Below are positions 43,338-52,546 of a stretch of 57,100 bases of DNA, piece by piece. Positions within the stretch are counted from its first letter, which is position 1; each line of letters opens with the position of its first letter. The stretch covers positions 1-57,100 of the IMG/VR virus record IMGVR_UViG_3300017700_000562, one strand, 5' to 3'. Origin of the DNA: a virus. Lineage: Duplodnaviria; Caudoviricetes. The position numbers and the translations under genes are program-made. The notes below the pieces were generated by a model. It was not told the DNA's origin. It saw only the letters and a list, made by a program, of their open reading frames with translations, and searched no databases.

Positions 43338-45591
43338 TCAACTCGTATTACAAACCCATGCCTGGGCAGAGAAGCATGGGTTTAAGGTGGTGGCTTTACA
43401 CAAACAGTCCAAGGCTGCCGTTGGTAGAGACTATGTAAAAACCGACTATCAGTCCCCCTCTGCGGACCACTGGAGGAAATATGACCAAGGAATTGGAATC
43501 GTCACTGGGCCGCTACATTCTGGTCCAGTGGATTTCGATCTGGACTGTGAAGAAGCTGTTTTCTTTGCTCCTTTTTTCTTACCGGCTACGTCCGCCGTGT
43601 TTGGTCGCGCCAGCAAACGACGATCTCACTACTTGTATAAGGCCACGTGTACTTCCTTCGACAAGATTGCTTTCTCAGACCCCGTTACTAAAACTACAAT
43701 CGTCGAAGCCCGGGGAGACGGGGGTCATCAGACTTGCGCTCCAGGTTCTATACATGAGCAAACCGGGGAGCTTATTGAATGGGATAACGTTGCATTTCCA
43801 GACGTCACGGACATCGACGTCGAAACGATCCAGCGTTCGGTCAAGAAGATCGCAATATCCACGCTGCTGGTAAGGTACGCGTGGGGCGCTGGCACCCACA
43901 ACGAGACCACCAAGAACCTCGCCGGGCTGCTCTATTATCTGGAGTGGCCGATAGAGGAAACCATTCAGCTTATCGAAGCCTTGATGGCATGGGACGACGA
44001 CGATGACAAATCCCGCATACCAACAGTACGGGCGACTTATAAACGCGGTGAAGCAGGTAAGAAGATCGCAGGCGCTGGGGTTCTCCGAAAGCAACTTAAC
44101 AACGATCCTGTCGTGGATAAGATACTCGAATGGGCAGGCTCTTCTACGGTTAACTTGCTGCAGGAGTACAATGATCGTTACGCCGTTGTCTCGGTCTCTG
44201 GTAAGTTTCGTATCGCGGAGACCGCCAACGGCCCCGGCGAGCCCCCCATCTTCTACCAGAAGGAGGACTGGCTCAACCTGAACTTCACCGACAAGATGGA
44301 GATAATCGATGACAAGGGTAAATCCAAATCTGTTCCTAAGGCTGCCGTCTGGCTCAACTCACCCCGACGCCGACAGTACAAGACCGTCGACTTTCTGCCC
44401 GGCGACGACGAGTCCACTTCCGTTCTCAACATTTGGGGAGGCTGGGCCGTTGAGCCCACCAAGCCCGGTCGCAACGATTCTGGGTGCACTGCATTCCTGG
44501 AATTACTTAGCGACGTGATTTGCGGCGGCGACCCCGAACTGAACCGCTGGATGCTGCACTGGTTCGCCCATATCGTGCGCGAACCGATGAAGAAATCATT
44601 GACGGCCCCGGTGATAATCGGCGTCGAAGGGGCGGGTAAGTCCCTGATGCTAGCCTACTTCGGTAAGATATTAGGCCCGGCCTACACGGTAGTCACCAAC
44701 GAAAAGCACATCTACGGTCAATTCAATTCCCATCTGGCCACCACGCTGCTGCTACACTCCGAGGAAGCCCTGTACGGTGGCGATCAGCGCCATGCTTCGA
44801 TCATCCGTTCACTCATTACCGACGAGAAACGGATGTGGGAGCCGAAGGGCATCGACGCCCGACAGGTCAAGAATTACCTGCGCCTGATCCTGCTGTCCAA
44901 CAAGGACCGCGCAGCCCCCGTGATGCCCGGCGACCGCCGTTATACCGTCATCAATATGAAGGCGCGCAAGGTGTCCGACGAATTGTTGGCCCGCGTTCTG
45001 GCCGAGTTTGATTCAGACGGCCCGGCCGCACTGTTTCACTATCTGATGACTATGGATTACGACCCGGTGCTGCCCCGCATAAACGTCAAGAACGACGACC
45101 TGGCGCAGATGAAGGCCCACAATTTCACGCCGCTGGAGGACTGGTGGTACGGCACGCTGCAGTCCGGCCAGATTCTACCGGACCCGTTGAACTGGGCAAC
45201 CATACCTGACGGCGAAGCCTGGCCCTCGGTGGTGGCCTCACCGACGTTATATGCCGCGATGGCCGTCGATCTCAAGGACAAGTCGACGCGATACGTGCCC
45301 AACGACACAGCCTTTGCGCTCGAAATGAACAAGATGTTGGGCATGAAATTGCAACGCGCCCAGCGGTCGTTCGACAACCAACTTGCCGGCGCTACCGGCA
45401 TGCCGCAGATGTGGACCAAACTCGGCAATCGCCAGTACGCCATCATCAATCTGCCTGATCTTGAGACCTGTCGTCGCGCCTTCGAAGCCTACGTCGGCCA
45501 GCCTCTAGACTGGCCCGAGGACGAACCTGATAAGACCCCCGCCTTCATGAAGAAAGACAGCAAGAAGGACAAGCCCCATGAAAGATATTGA
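43324..45591 (+). CDS. Bifunctional primase-polymerase (AEP) fused to a DUF5906/SF3-type helicase
   Basis: GIGIVTG...DFDLD, SHYLY, QTCAPGSIH, then GVEGAGKS Walker A, SEEA, LSN and DRRY. Confidence 0.88.
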   Translation: MAKSSQLVLQTHAWAEKHGFKVVALHKQSKAAVGRDYVKTDYQSPSADHWRKYDQGIGIVTGPLHSGPVDFDLDCEEAVFFAPFFLPATSAVFGRASKRRSHYLYKATCTSFDKIAFSDPVTKTTIVEARGDGGHQTCAPGSIHEQTGELIEWDNVAFPDVTDIDVETIQRSVKKIAISTLLVRYAWGAGTHNETTKNLAGLLYYLEWPIEETIQLIEALMAWDDDDDKSRIPTVRATYKRGEAGKKIAGAGVLRKQLNNDPVVDKILEWAGSSTVNLLQEYNDRYAVVSVSGKFRIAETANGPGEPPIFYQKEDWLNLNFTDKMEIIDDKGKSKSVPKAAVWLNSPRRRQYKTVDFLPGDDESTSVLNIWGGWAVEPTKPGRNDSGCTAFLELLSDVICGGDPELNRWMLHWFAHIVREPMKKSLTAPVIIGVEGAGKSLMLAYFGKILGPAYTVVTNEKHIYGQFNSHLATTLLLHSEEALYGGDQRHASIIRSLITDEKRMWEPKGIDARQVKNYLRLILLSNKDRAAPVMPGDRRYTVINMKARKVSDELLARVLAEFDSDGPAALFHYLMTMDYDPVLPRINVKNDDLAQMKAHNFTPLEDWWYGTLQSGQILPDPLNWATIPDGEAWPSVVASPTLYAAMAVDLKDKSTRYVPNDTAFALEMNKMLGMKLQRAQRSFDNQLAGATGMPQMWTKLGNRQYAIINLPDLETCRRAFEAYVGQPLDWPEDEPDKTPAFMKKDSKKDKPHERY

Positions 45592-46402
45592 TAGGATGAA
45601 GCTGGCGGAACAGACATATCGCGACATGCCCCAATTATTGGAGCAACATCGCGGATACGAGGGGTCTACATGGGAGGCCCTATCGCCACGTGGTCGCAAG
45701 CCGTTTTATTACGTGGCTGATGTGGCCATAGCTTACGCTGGCACCCTCCGCGCGCCAGAGGCCGACAAGGGGGAGGTGGTGCCTGTGGCGCACGTCAATG
45801 GGGTAGACCTTACTGATACCGATTTGCATAATTTCGCGACATACGCTGAGAGCATGCGAAAGCAACGGTGCGGGCCCTTACTTACGGTATCTGTCGAAGG
45901 CGGCATCATGATCGAAAGGCTGATTACCGAAATCAATCGGTTGAGGCCTTATGAGGTGGAGCTTCGTCGAATCGCAGACGACCTCGGTGAGCCAAATGAT
46001 CCGTTTGCAGCATGGGAGAAACTCGCACCCGCCTCCCCCGCCGCAGCCCCGGCGGCCAAGCCGTTCGCCTATGTGCCGCTGTCCAAGTCGCACGGGCACG
46101 AAGGCGAGCCGATCTGGCGGGAAACCCGGCGCACCCTCGATAACAACCCATGGCCTGACAATCTCATGATGCCGCTCTACGCCGCCCCGCCGGCTGCAAG
46201 CGCGGATGCGGTGAGGGCGCGAGCAAAGGAACTTGCCGAAAGAATTGTTTCGACGGCGCGCGAGACGGACTTCACCTGCGAGCTACGCTTTGATTACTCT
46301 GAAGCCGTGGAAAGTGCGATTGAAGATTTGGTGTCCGCCCTCTCCACGCCAGTAGCCGCCGCAGATGCCGCGATGCGGGATAAAGGAGGCCCCGATGCCT
46401 AA
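45578..46402 (+). CDS. Mosaic hypothetical protein
   Basis: Coupled ORF with PLYAAPPA-type accessory segments. Confidence 0.6.
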   Translation: MKDIDRMKLAEQTYRDMPQLLEQHRGYEGSTWEALSPRGRKPFYYVADVAIAYAGTLRAPEADKGEVVPVAHVNGVDLTDTDLHNFATYAESMRKQRCGPLLTVSVEGGIMIERLITEINRLRPYEVELRRIADDLGEPNDPFAAWEKLAPASPAAAPAAKPFAYVPLSKSHGHEGEPIWRETRRTLDNNPWPDNLMMPLYAAPPAASADAVRARAKELAERIVSTARETDFTCELRFDYSEAVESAIEDLVSALSTPVAAADAAMRDKGGPDA

Positions 46403-46640
46403 CTGTCGTCTTCGCTCCCCCGTTCACCGTTGCTGGCAGTATCTGTCCGGCACTAGCATGTTGGAATGGCCGATGTGGGTCGTCAGCCGCACTCGCTACA
46501 CCGCGAACGGTCTAGTGGTCGACCGCAGCACCGGGGCGCAAGTCGTGGGATATGGCGACTGGCTGGTCCACGATCTGGACAAGACCGACTTGCTATGGTA
46601 TGATGAAAAAACCTTCAAGAAGGAAATGGAGCTTATATGA
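46395..46640 (+). CDS. Hypothetical protein
   Basis: AAGGAGG RBS and GDWLV...FKKEME. Confidence 0.6.
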   Translation: MPNCRLRSPVHRCWQYLSGTSMLEWPMWVVSRTRYTANGLVVDRSTGAQVVGYGDWLVHDLDKTDLLWYDEKTFKKEMELI

Positions 46641-47164
46641 CGCCCAGGATCAAGGTTATCTGGACCGATGAACTTATCACCATGCTGCGCAGGCTCCATT
46701 CCGAGGGACTGTCGGGCTCTCAAATCGCCTCCATGATACCTGGGGCCACCCGCAACGCCATCATTGGCAAGATACACCGGCTGGGCCTAACCCAGTCCGA
46801 CGTGTCTGGTCACAGACGCAAGACCTCCAAGTCATTCAGACCCCCGCGTCCCTCAGGCAACAGGGGCGGATTCGGGGCCTTCAACATCCAGAAGCCCCTT
46901 ACTTCCATTCCGTTCGTCGCGCCCGTTATTAACCCGCTCGACCCTGACAAGATTTGTCATTATGACGACCTAGGCCCTGGCCGGTGTAACTGGCCGGTGG
47001 ACGTCGAGGGTCGGACCAACATGTACTGCGGCGGCGACGTCGACCCCGACAAGTTCCGAGCCGTATACTGCAAGGTCCACGGGTTCAAGGCTACCAACCG
47101 CCGCAACGACCCTATCAGCAAGCAAATCAAGCCGGGCAACATGACGCGGGGATTGGGGCGTTAA
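46637..47164 (+). CDS. gcrA: GcrA cell-cycle regulator homolog
   Basis: WTDELITMLRRLHSEGLSGSQIA...TRNAIIGKIHRLGL, and C-terminal CNWP...YCG...YCKVH. Confidence 0.92.
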   Translation: MTPRIKVIWTDELITMLRRLHSEGLSGSQIASMIPGATRNAIIGKIHRLGLTQSDVSGHRRKTSKSFRPPRPSGNRGGFGAFNIQKPLTSIPFVAPVINPLDPDKICHYDDLGPGRCNWPVDVEGRTNMYCGGDVDPDKFRAVYCKVHGFKATNRRNDPISKQIKPGNMTRGLGR

Positions 47165-47560
47165 ATGCTTCTGGTTCCTGACCCCTTCGACCCTCGTTTC
47201 CTCGATTTTGGGGACCAGCACGAGTATAAGATTTATGGGGACGACCATGCCCTTACCTTCGCCCGAGTTGATCAAATTGATTATCAATGGGCAGTTCGGT
47301 GGCGTTGGAACGTTACTTTCGACAAGCACGGAAAGAAGCCCTACTTTCGCATAACGGTGTCTGAGACCGGCCGACCTGACTATACCGTCTACCTTCACGT
47401 GGAAATTCAGAAGCGAAAAGGCGAACCCCAGCCACCTCACCATACGATATCGGACCATCTTAACGGAGATAGTTCCGACTGCCGAAGATTCAATCTTGGT
47501 TGGGCTACTCCGTCGATGAATCGCCGCAACATCTTTGGACAGGGATACATGAAGCTATGA
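47165..47560 (+). CDS. HNH endonuclease (HNH_3-like)
   Basis: YLHVEI...SDHLNGDSSDCRRFNLGWATPSMNRRN. Confidence 0.8.
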   Translation: MLLVPDPFDPRFLDFGDQHEYKIYGDDHALTFARVDQIDYQWAVRWRWNVTFDKHGKKPYFRITVSETGRPDYTVYLHVEIQKRKGEPQPPHHTISDHLNGDSSDCRRFNLGWATPSMNRRNIFGQGYMKL

Positions 47561-47727
47561 CCAGCACCCAGCACACCGGCCGCACCTGTAGCGAAGCGGA
47601 AGCCGACGCGCAGACCGACCGCGTCAAGGCCATCATGGTCGACCAGAACCTCGACTGGCACCAGGCACTGGACGTGTATATCAACCTCAAGTTGATCGAG
47701 GACGGCGTTCCCGCTGCGCGGCTGTGA
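47557..47727 (+). CDS. Small hypothetical protein
   Basis: ATGA/GTGA overlaps. Confidence 0.55.
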   Translation: MTSTQHTGRTCSEAEADAQTDRVKAIMVDQNLDWHQALDVYINLKLIEDGVPAARL

Positions 47728-48119
47728 CCGATAACACCACCGATCTCCGCCAACGTCTTTTGCTCTGGCATCGCGTCCTCGCGCAGATGTCCGGCACGCT
47801 GTCGCTGTCGTATGGCGGATCTGGCCTGAAGAAATCTGCGCTGGATGAGTGGGCCACGCGCCTCGAAACCGTAGCCCTCGACATGCGTTCCATCACCAGC
47901 GTGGCTAATTCTAGACTTGACATCGACCAGCGCGCGGTGCTACGCTCTGCAGCGCGTACGGCGCCTCTAGGTCATGAAACGGAGGGCGCGATGTTCTTCG
48001 GCAAGGAGAAGCGTGATGAAGTAGAGATCAAGGACCCCGCCGCACAAAGAACCGGCGGGGTCCACTCTGCTAAGGCAATGCCGAAGAAAGCAACACGGAA
48101 AACAAGAATTGAAAAATGA
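47724..48119 (+). CDS. Hypothetical protein (possible internal start at 47991)
   Basis: Coupled ORF with an internal TTGACA...TACGCT and a GGAGG RBS before MFFGKE. Confidence 0.55.
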   Translation: MTDNTTDLRQRLLLWHRVLAQMSGTLSLSYGGSGLKKSALDEWATRLETVALDMRSITSVANSRLDIDQRAVLRSAARTAPLGHETEGAMFFGKEKRDEVEIKDPAAQRTGGVHSAKAMPKKATRKTRIEK

Positions 48120-48343
48120 ATAGACCCCCCTCCAAGTTCAAGCAGATGCGCAACGCTATTGACGCCGCGGAACTGGCGCTGGGGATGGCCGATGCTAGTC
48201 GGTTGGCCAAGTTGTTCGAGGACTCCAGCGACGACATCAAGGTCAATATCAGGATAGAGCTTCGCACTCTTCGCCTGATGGCGTCGGCGTACAGGGAGAT
48301 GAACCGCATCATCAACGACCCGGCTTTCGAGAAAGGTCGTTGA
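48116..48343 (+). CDS. Hypothetical protein
   Basis: Coupled ORF. Confidence 0.55.
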   Translation: MNRPPSKFKQMRNAIDAAELALGMADASRLAKLFEDSSDDIKVNIRIELRTLRLMASAYREMNRIINDPAFEKGR

Positions 48344-48567
48344 TGCCCCGTCGTCCCATTGAGCGCAACTATTCCGAGTCCCCGGACGTTTCGACCGAGG
48401 TCGCCTACGCGATTTGCCGCAACATCTACGCGACGAAGCTTGACGATCCGTCCACCTTCATCTGTCTGTGCCAGAAGCGTGGCCGCGGCCAGACCTGCGC
48501 GCAGATGAACATCGCGGCGCTGGACGTGGTGCAGACCATAGTCAAGTTCATGGGAGAGAAGAAATGA
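48343..48567 (+). CDS. Small Cys-containing hypothetical protein
   Basis: Coupled ORF, AIC...CLC...TC. Confidence 0.55.
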   Translation: MPRRPIERNYSESPDVSTEVAYAICRNIYATKLDDPSTFICLCQKRGRGQTCAQMNIAALDVVQTIVKFMGEKK

Positions 48568-48908
48568 GAATGGCTCGCAAATATAGAGTTTGCAGCCACG
48601 TGGGAGGCGTTCGTAAGAAACTAGCGCGTATGTTGGTTAAAGTACTGGCAGACGAAGGGATACAAGCACGATGTGACCCTAAAAACTTGTGGCCAGCGCA
48701 AGGATATTGGAGACAGGTAGAGCAAGACGTTATGTCTTGGGAAGGTCAATTAGAAATATTTGTACACGGCAAGTGGTCGACTCGTAGTTTAGGGTCTTGG
48801 GATCGTATGACATCCTGTGTGCGCGGGTTTACGATAAGTCCAGACGGGTTTGGCTTCGAAATTAATGCGATACAGGAATTGGCCCCTAGTCAGCGATTTG
48901 GTAAATAA
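48564..48908 (+). CDS. AT-rich hypothetical protein
   Basis: ATGA overlap and a composition shift. Confidence 0.55.
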   Translation: MRMARKYRVCSHVGGVRKKLARMLVKVLADEGIQARCDPKNLWPAQGYWRQVEQDVMSWEGQLEIFVHGKWSTRSLGSWDRMTSCVRGFTISPDGFGFEINAIQELAPSQRFGK

Positions 48909-48910
48909 AA

Positions 48911-49165
48911 ATGTCCCTTAAGCAGTCTCCCATGTCCTCTGCCGACAAGGCCGTCCACGAGGTCATGTCCTCGATGCCGCTCGAACCGGGCCAGATGCTG
49001 CTGCTCGGGCCGAAGTCCGTCGCGATCCTGTCGACGGAGGGAGCGTTCAAGGGGAATCTGCCGGACATGATGGTCTTTTCGCGCGAGGAATGGGAAAAAG
49101 GGTCGTTCATGGGAACGGACGCCCGGCCGAATTTTGGTAAAGGCAGGAAAGCGACGAGGAAATAG
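48911..49165 (+). CDS. Hypothetical protein
   Basis: ORF with GC3-rich codons. Confidence 0.55.
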   Translation: MSLKQSPMSSADKAVHEVMSSMPLEPGQMLLLGPKSVAILSTEGAFKGNLPDMMVFSREEWEKGSFMGTDARPNFGKGRKATRK

Positions 49166-49204
49166 ATTTGCGGTTTGGCTCGCATGAACGTTTAACCGCT
49201 AGAT

Positions 49205-49627
49205 ATGGAGGCCGCTATGCAATGGCGTTACGAGATACAGACTGGGCCGAACGGTGAGCAAGACTACGCTTGGGTCTATGAACCCGGAGGAGCCATGGTC
49301 TGCACCGCGAAATTGCATCATGCGTTCATGATCGTCGGCGGGATGAACAACGTCGATTTTTTGAGCAGTCAGCTATCGTTGGCAAACGGGATGATCGACG
49401 AACTGAAGGCCGAAACCTCCGATGAATTTGAGAGCCGGCTAGATCACCAGAATCCGTACAAGCAGGGTTGTGATCCGGCGTTGGCCCACAACCCCGTAAG
49501 CGAAGGCATGAAGCGAACACAGGAGATCATGCAAGGCGGTGTCGATATGGGCCGCCCCGCTTGCGGTCAAGGTGACGAGTGGGGCCGCAAGCCGACCGAT
49601 GAGCGCTACGGGGAGCCTAAGTCATGA
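49205..49627 (+). CDS. Hypothetical protein
   Basis: ORF with GGAGG before the second Met. Confidence 0.55.
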   Translation: MEAAMQWRYEIQTGPNGEQDYAWVYEPGGAMVCTAKLHHAFMIVGGMNNVDFLSSQLSLANGMIDELKAETSDEFESRLDHQNPYKQGCDPALAHNPVSEGMKRTQEIMQGGVDMGRPACGQGDEWGRKPTDERYGEPKS

Positions 49628-49863
49628 TCGACGACGCGCGCTTAGCGGAAGCCATCAAGAAGATGCGCAAGCTGCGGCTGGTTGATAGCATTCCGATCAA
49701 AGATGCCGGGCCGCCTGCGACCACGTTCCTCGCGGTGATGCAGAAGGGGCTTGGCGGTATCTACGAGGACGCCGCGCTGGAATACGTCTTTCGGCGCTTC
49801 CTGAAATACTATGAGACCACCCCAGCGGTCACTTCGAAAGACCGCAATACTCCTTCCAAGTAA
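49624..49863 (+). CDS. Hypothetical protein
   Basis: ATGA overlap. Confidence 0.55.
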   Translation: MIDDARLAEAIKKMRKLRLVDSIPIKDAGPPATTFLAVMQKGLGGIYEDAALEYVFRRFLKYYETTPAVTSKDRNTPSK

Positions 49864-49866
49864 TAC

Positions 49867-49895
49867 TTGACACGTTCCTCGCCTTGTGGTTTTCT
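49867..49895 (+). promoter_or_regulatory. Sigma70-type promoter
   Basis: TTGACA-17 nt-TTTTCT, followed by aaacaggagtta and ATG 49948. Confidence 0.7.
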
Positions 49896-49947
49896 GTGCA
49901 AGTCAACCACGGCGCGGAATTCCCGCCCCACCAAACAGGAGTTACAA

Positions 49948-50706
49948 ATGGCCGCGATCCATCATCAGACTTTGAAGAAAGCCAAGTCCTTCGGTATCGT
50001 CCTCACCGTCGAGGACAACGACGTCGTCGCCACCAAGGACGGCGTGCAACTGGCCAGCGGGCTGCAGGGCAACAAGGTCCTCGAAGCGGCCATTGCGAAG
50101 CTGACTCCGGAAGTCAAGGGCGCCGTCACCGGCCGCACCACCAGTACCACTTCCCCAGTTACTGAGATCGCCAAGGACGGCGTCAAGGTCAAGCCCACCA
50201 AGGTTTCCAAGGTCGTCGAGCTTTCCCCGGCCGAACTGGCTGCCAAGGAAGCTGCTGAGGCCGAGGGCTGGAAGGCCTTGCGCGCTGGCGGCTTTGTCCG
50301 CAAGACCCCCGGCGAAGAGACCGACTACTCCGAGGCCAAGACGTGGGCCGAACTCTGCGAAGAGCAGGATATCGAAGTCGAGCAGGAAGAGGCCGAAGAA
50401 GAGGAAGCCCCCGCTTCCGTGATAAAGGACAAATATAAAAAGATTTACGCGCAGACCGCCGTGAAAGGTACCTGCGGCGACGACCTCGCAAAGCAATTGC
50501 GCGAATATCTGATGGTCGACACCGAGGACGGCCCGCGCATCGACAAGAAGAAGCTACGCAAATGGGCCGAGGCCAACGGGGTCTGGGTCGCGGCCTACGG
50601 GTCGATGAAGGTCGGCATGATTGCCATGAATACTCGAAACCGTCTGCGCGGTAATATGCGCAAGGCCGAAAAAGCCGGTGAAGTGTTTGAGGTCCAATGG
50701 CCGTAA
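49948..50706 (+). CDS. Highly expressed-looking early protein with NG-W-Y-G-M-NRL family domain
   Basis: Strong codon bias; TCGDDLA...ANGVWVAAYGSMKVGMIAMNTRNRLRG. Confidence 0.8.
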   Translation: MAAIHHQTLKKAKSFGIVLTVEDNDVVATKDGVQLASGLQGNKVLEAAIAKLTPEVKGAVTGRTTSTTSPVTEIAKDGVKVKPTKVSKVVELSPAELAAKEAAEAEGWKALRAGGFVRKTPGEETDYSEAKTWAELCEEQDIEVEQEEAEEEEAPASVIKDKYKKIYAQTAVKGTCGDDLAKQLREYLMVDTEDGPRIDKKKLRKWAEANGVWVAAYGSMKVGMIAMNTRNRLRGNMRKAEKAGEVFEVQWP

Positions 50707-51746
50707 AGTCCAAAAATAAACCTACGTTTATTAGTAGGCCCGTGGCGGAAGCTGCGGGCCTTAAACGCTTTTACACTGGACAGAAGTGTCCCCAAGGGCA
50801 CGTAGCTGAAAGGTACGTAAAAGACAGTAAATGTGTGGTTTGTAAAGGGATAAGACATTCAGCATTTGTAGCTAGGACAGGATACAATTGGCATAAACTA
50901 AATCCCGAACGTAGACGCGCTAATGATAATACCCGGTATGCCAAAGACCCCGATAGAATAAAAAACAAAAACAAGTCGTACCATGAAAAACACCCAGAAA
51001 TCCGCAGAGCAATAAGGCGTCGTAGGCGGGCCAGAATTTTGGCCGCTGAGGGGGACCACACCCCCAAGGACATTAAGGATTTGTTTGATAAACAGAAAGG
51101 CTTATGTGCTGGCCCTCATTGTCGAAAAGATATCAGTACCAAATACCAGATAGACCACATGGTTCCTATAACCAGAGGGGGTTCTAACTGGCCCAGTAAT
51201 TTACAACTTCTGTGTTTCCACTGTAATAATTCTAAGCACACTAAGACTAACGAGGAATGGTTAGAGTTTATTAAACTACCAAGATTGACACGTTGGGACG
51301 GGCGTGCTGTAAAGATTAATGAGGGGCCTAAATCTGGAGAGTCTATCATGGTTGCTAAAAAGGCCAAAAAGGAATCCGCTTCGGTGGTTGATACCGAAAA
51401 GTTCAACTACGAGACGACCAAAATTCGCGGGGTCGACGGCAAGATCCGCCATTCGCGCGGCAATCAGGACGCCATTGCCAAGGCTCTTCTTGTGTTCATC
51501 GCCGGAGGTGGGGATATCAAGAAGGTAATCAAGGCTAATGGTCTTTCGGACCGCATGAAGGGTCGCGAAGGAATGAACGCCGGCTTGTTTCGGATGACAG
51601 CGTCGGTGATGCTCCGCAAGCTGGTCCGCGACGGCACCCCGGTCGAGATCGGCGACATCACGGTCAAGAAGCTGGACCAGGTTGTCAAGGTGCCGGCCGA
51701 AGTCGAGAAGCCGGCGCGGAAGGCTCGGGTCGCGAAAGCAGCTTAG
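50697..51746 (+). CDS. HNH endonuclease reading in frame into a downstream early gene
   Basis: GLKRFYTGQKCPQGH, QKGLCAGPHC, IDHMVPITRGGSNWPSNLQLLCFHCNNSK. There is no stop before MVAKKAKK. Confidence 0.75.
   Translation: MAVKSKNKPTFISRPVAEAAGLKRFYTGQKCPQGHVAERYVKDSKCVVCKGIRHSAFVARTGYNWHKLNPERRRANDNTRYAKDPDRIKNKNKSYHEKHPEIRRAIRRRRRARILAAEGDHTPKDIKDLFDKQKGLCAGPHCRKDISTKYQIDHMVPITRGGSNWPSNLQLLCFHCNNSKHTKTNEEWLEFIKLPRLTRWDGRAVKINEGPKSGESIMVAKKAKKESASVVDTEKFNYETTKIRGVDGKIRHSRGNQDAIAKALLVFIAGGGDIKKVIKANGLSDRMKGREGMNAGLFRMTASVMLRKLVRDGTPVEIGDITVKKLDQVVKVPAEVEKPARKARVAKAA
51348..51746 (+). CDS. Early basic protein, third NG-G-RM family member (independent internal start)
   Basis: TTGACA at 51285, GGAGAG RBS, and a codon-usage switch at ATG 51348. 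Confidence 0.7.
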   Translation: MVAKKAKKESASVVDTEKFNYETTKIRGVDGKIRHSRGNQDAIAKALLVFIAGGGDIKKVIKANGLSDRMKGREGMNAGLFRMTASVMLRKLVRDGTPVEIGDITVKKLDQVVKVPAEVEKPARKARVAKAA

Positions 51747-51860
51747 ACCTCGCAACGGGTCTTACTAGGCTAACTGGGGCAGGAAAGACTATAATCCGGT
51801 CGCTCCGGATGAATGCTTTCCCCATACGCCAGCCAGCAACCGGGTTTGATGCCCGGTCTT

Positions 51861-51900
51861 AAACGCCGTCAGTTTCCCTCCAAGGGCTGGCGGCGTTTCT
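51861..51900 (+). terminator. Rho-independent terminator
   Basis: aaacgccgtcag...ctggcggcgttt followed by ct. Confidence 0.7.
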
Positions 51901-51965
51901 GTATTCCGACTTGCTGAATCGTCTCAGTGTGCTAGGGTGTCTCTCCACACAATAGGAGGTTTGGT

Positions 51966-52166
51966 ATGCGCGGATATGCTAAAGAGACAGAAGTGAAGGT
52001 TGGAATTCAGGTCGATTTGGATGGAGGTTTCACGTGCGTCGAAGCCTGTCGGACCACGATCCACAAGGATGAACACGGCCTGTATTTCGAGTGTTCCGAG
52101 GGGAAACACTACCTGGACGGCCAGCTTGAAGACGGCGAGTACATCGGTCTGTCTATTCCGACTTGA
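51966..52166 (+). CDS. Small hypothetical protein
   Basis: AGGAGG RBS and DGGFTC...CSEGKHYLDGQ. Confidence 0.7.
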   Translation: MRGYAKETEVKVGIQVDLDGGFTCVEACRTTIHKDEHGLYFECSEGKHYLDGQLEDGEYIGLSIPT

Positions 52167-52306
52167 CGGCTCTAGTCTTTTATGGTCTTCTCCCTTTAGG
52201 TCCGACGCGGCGTGTACTCTTAGCCCCCAAGCCCCGCGCCGCCCGGACCGATCGCTCCCCGGCAGAACGTCCCCTCTGCCGGGGAGTATCAAACAGGAGT
52301 TGGAAG

Positions 52307-52546
52307 ATGAAGACTAGGTTCGAGATCATTACTGCGGCTTTCCCTCTCCACGCACAGGTCATAGCGGAACGGGTGTATGACTATCAGACCAAAATTACTG
52401 ATGGCCCTGTAATGCTCGAATGGTTCATGACCCACCCCGCCAAATACGCCAGCCCCCAGTATATTATTTCCACGTCGTTCGTGTGGGGGCTGACCCCCGA
52501 GGGTGTTGAATACTGGGCGCGTCTTGCTGGGGAGTGCGACTTTTGA
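52307..52546 (+). CDS. Small hypothetical protein
   Basis: aaacaggagtt RBS and SFVWGLTPEGVEYW. Confidence 0.65.
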   Translation: MKTRFEIITAAFPLHAQVIAERVYDYQTKITDGPVMLEWFMTHPAKYASPQYIISTSFVWGLTPEGVEYWARLAGECDF

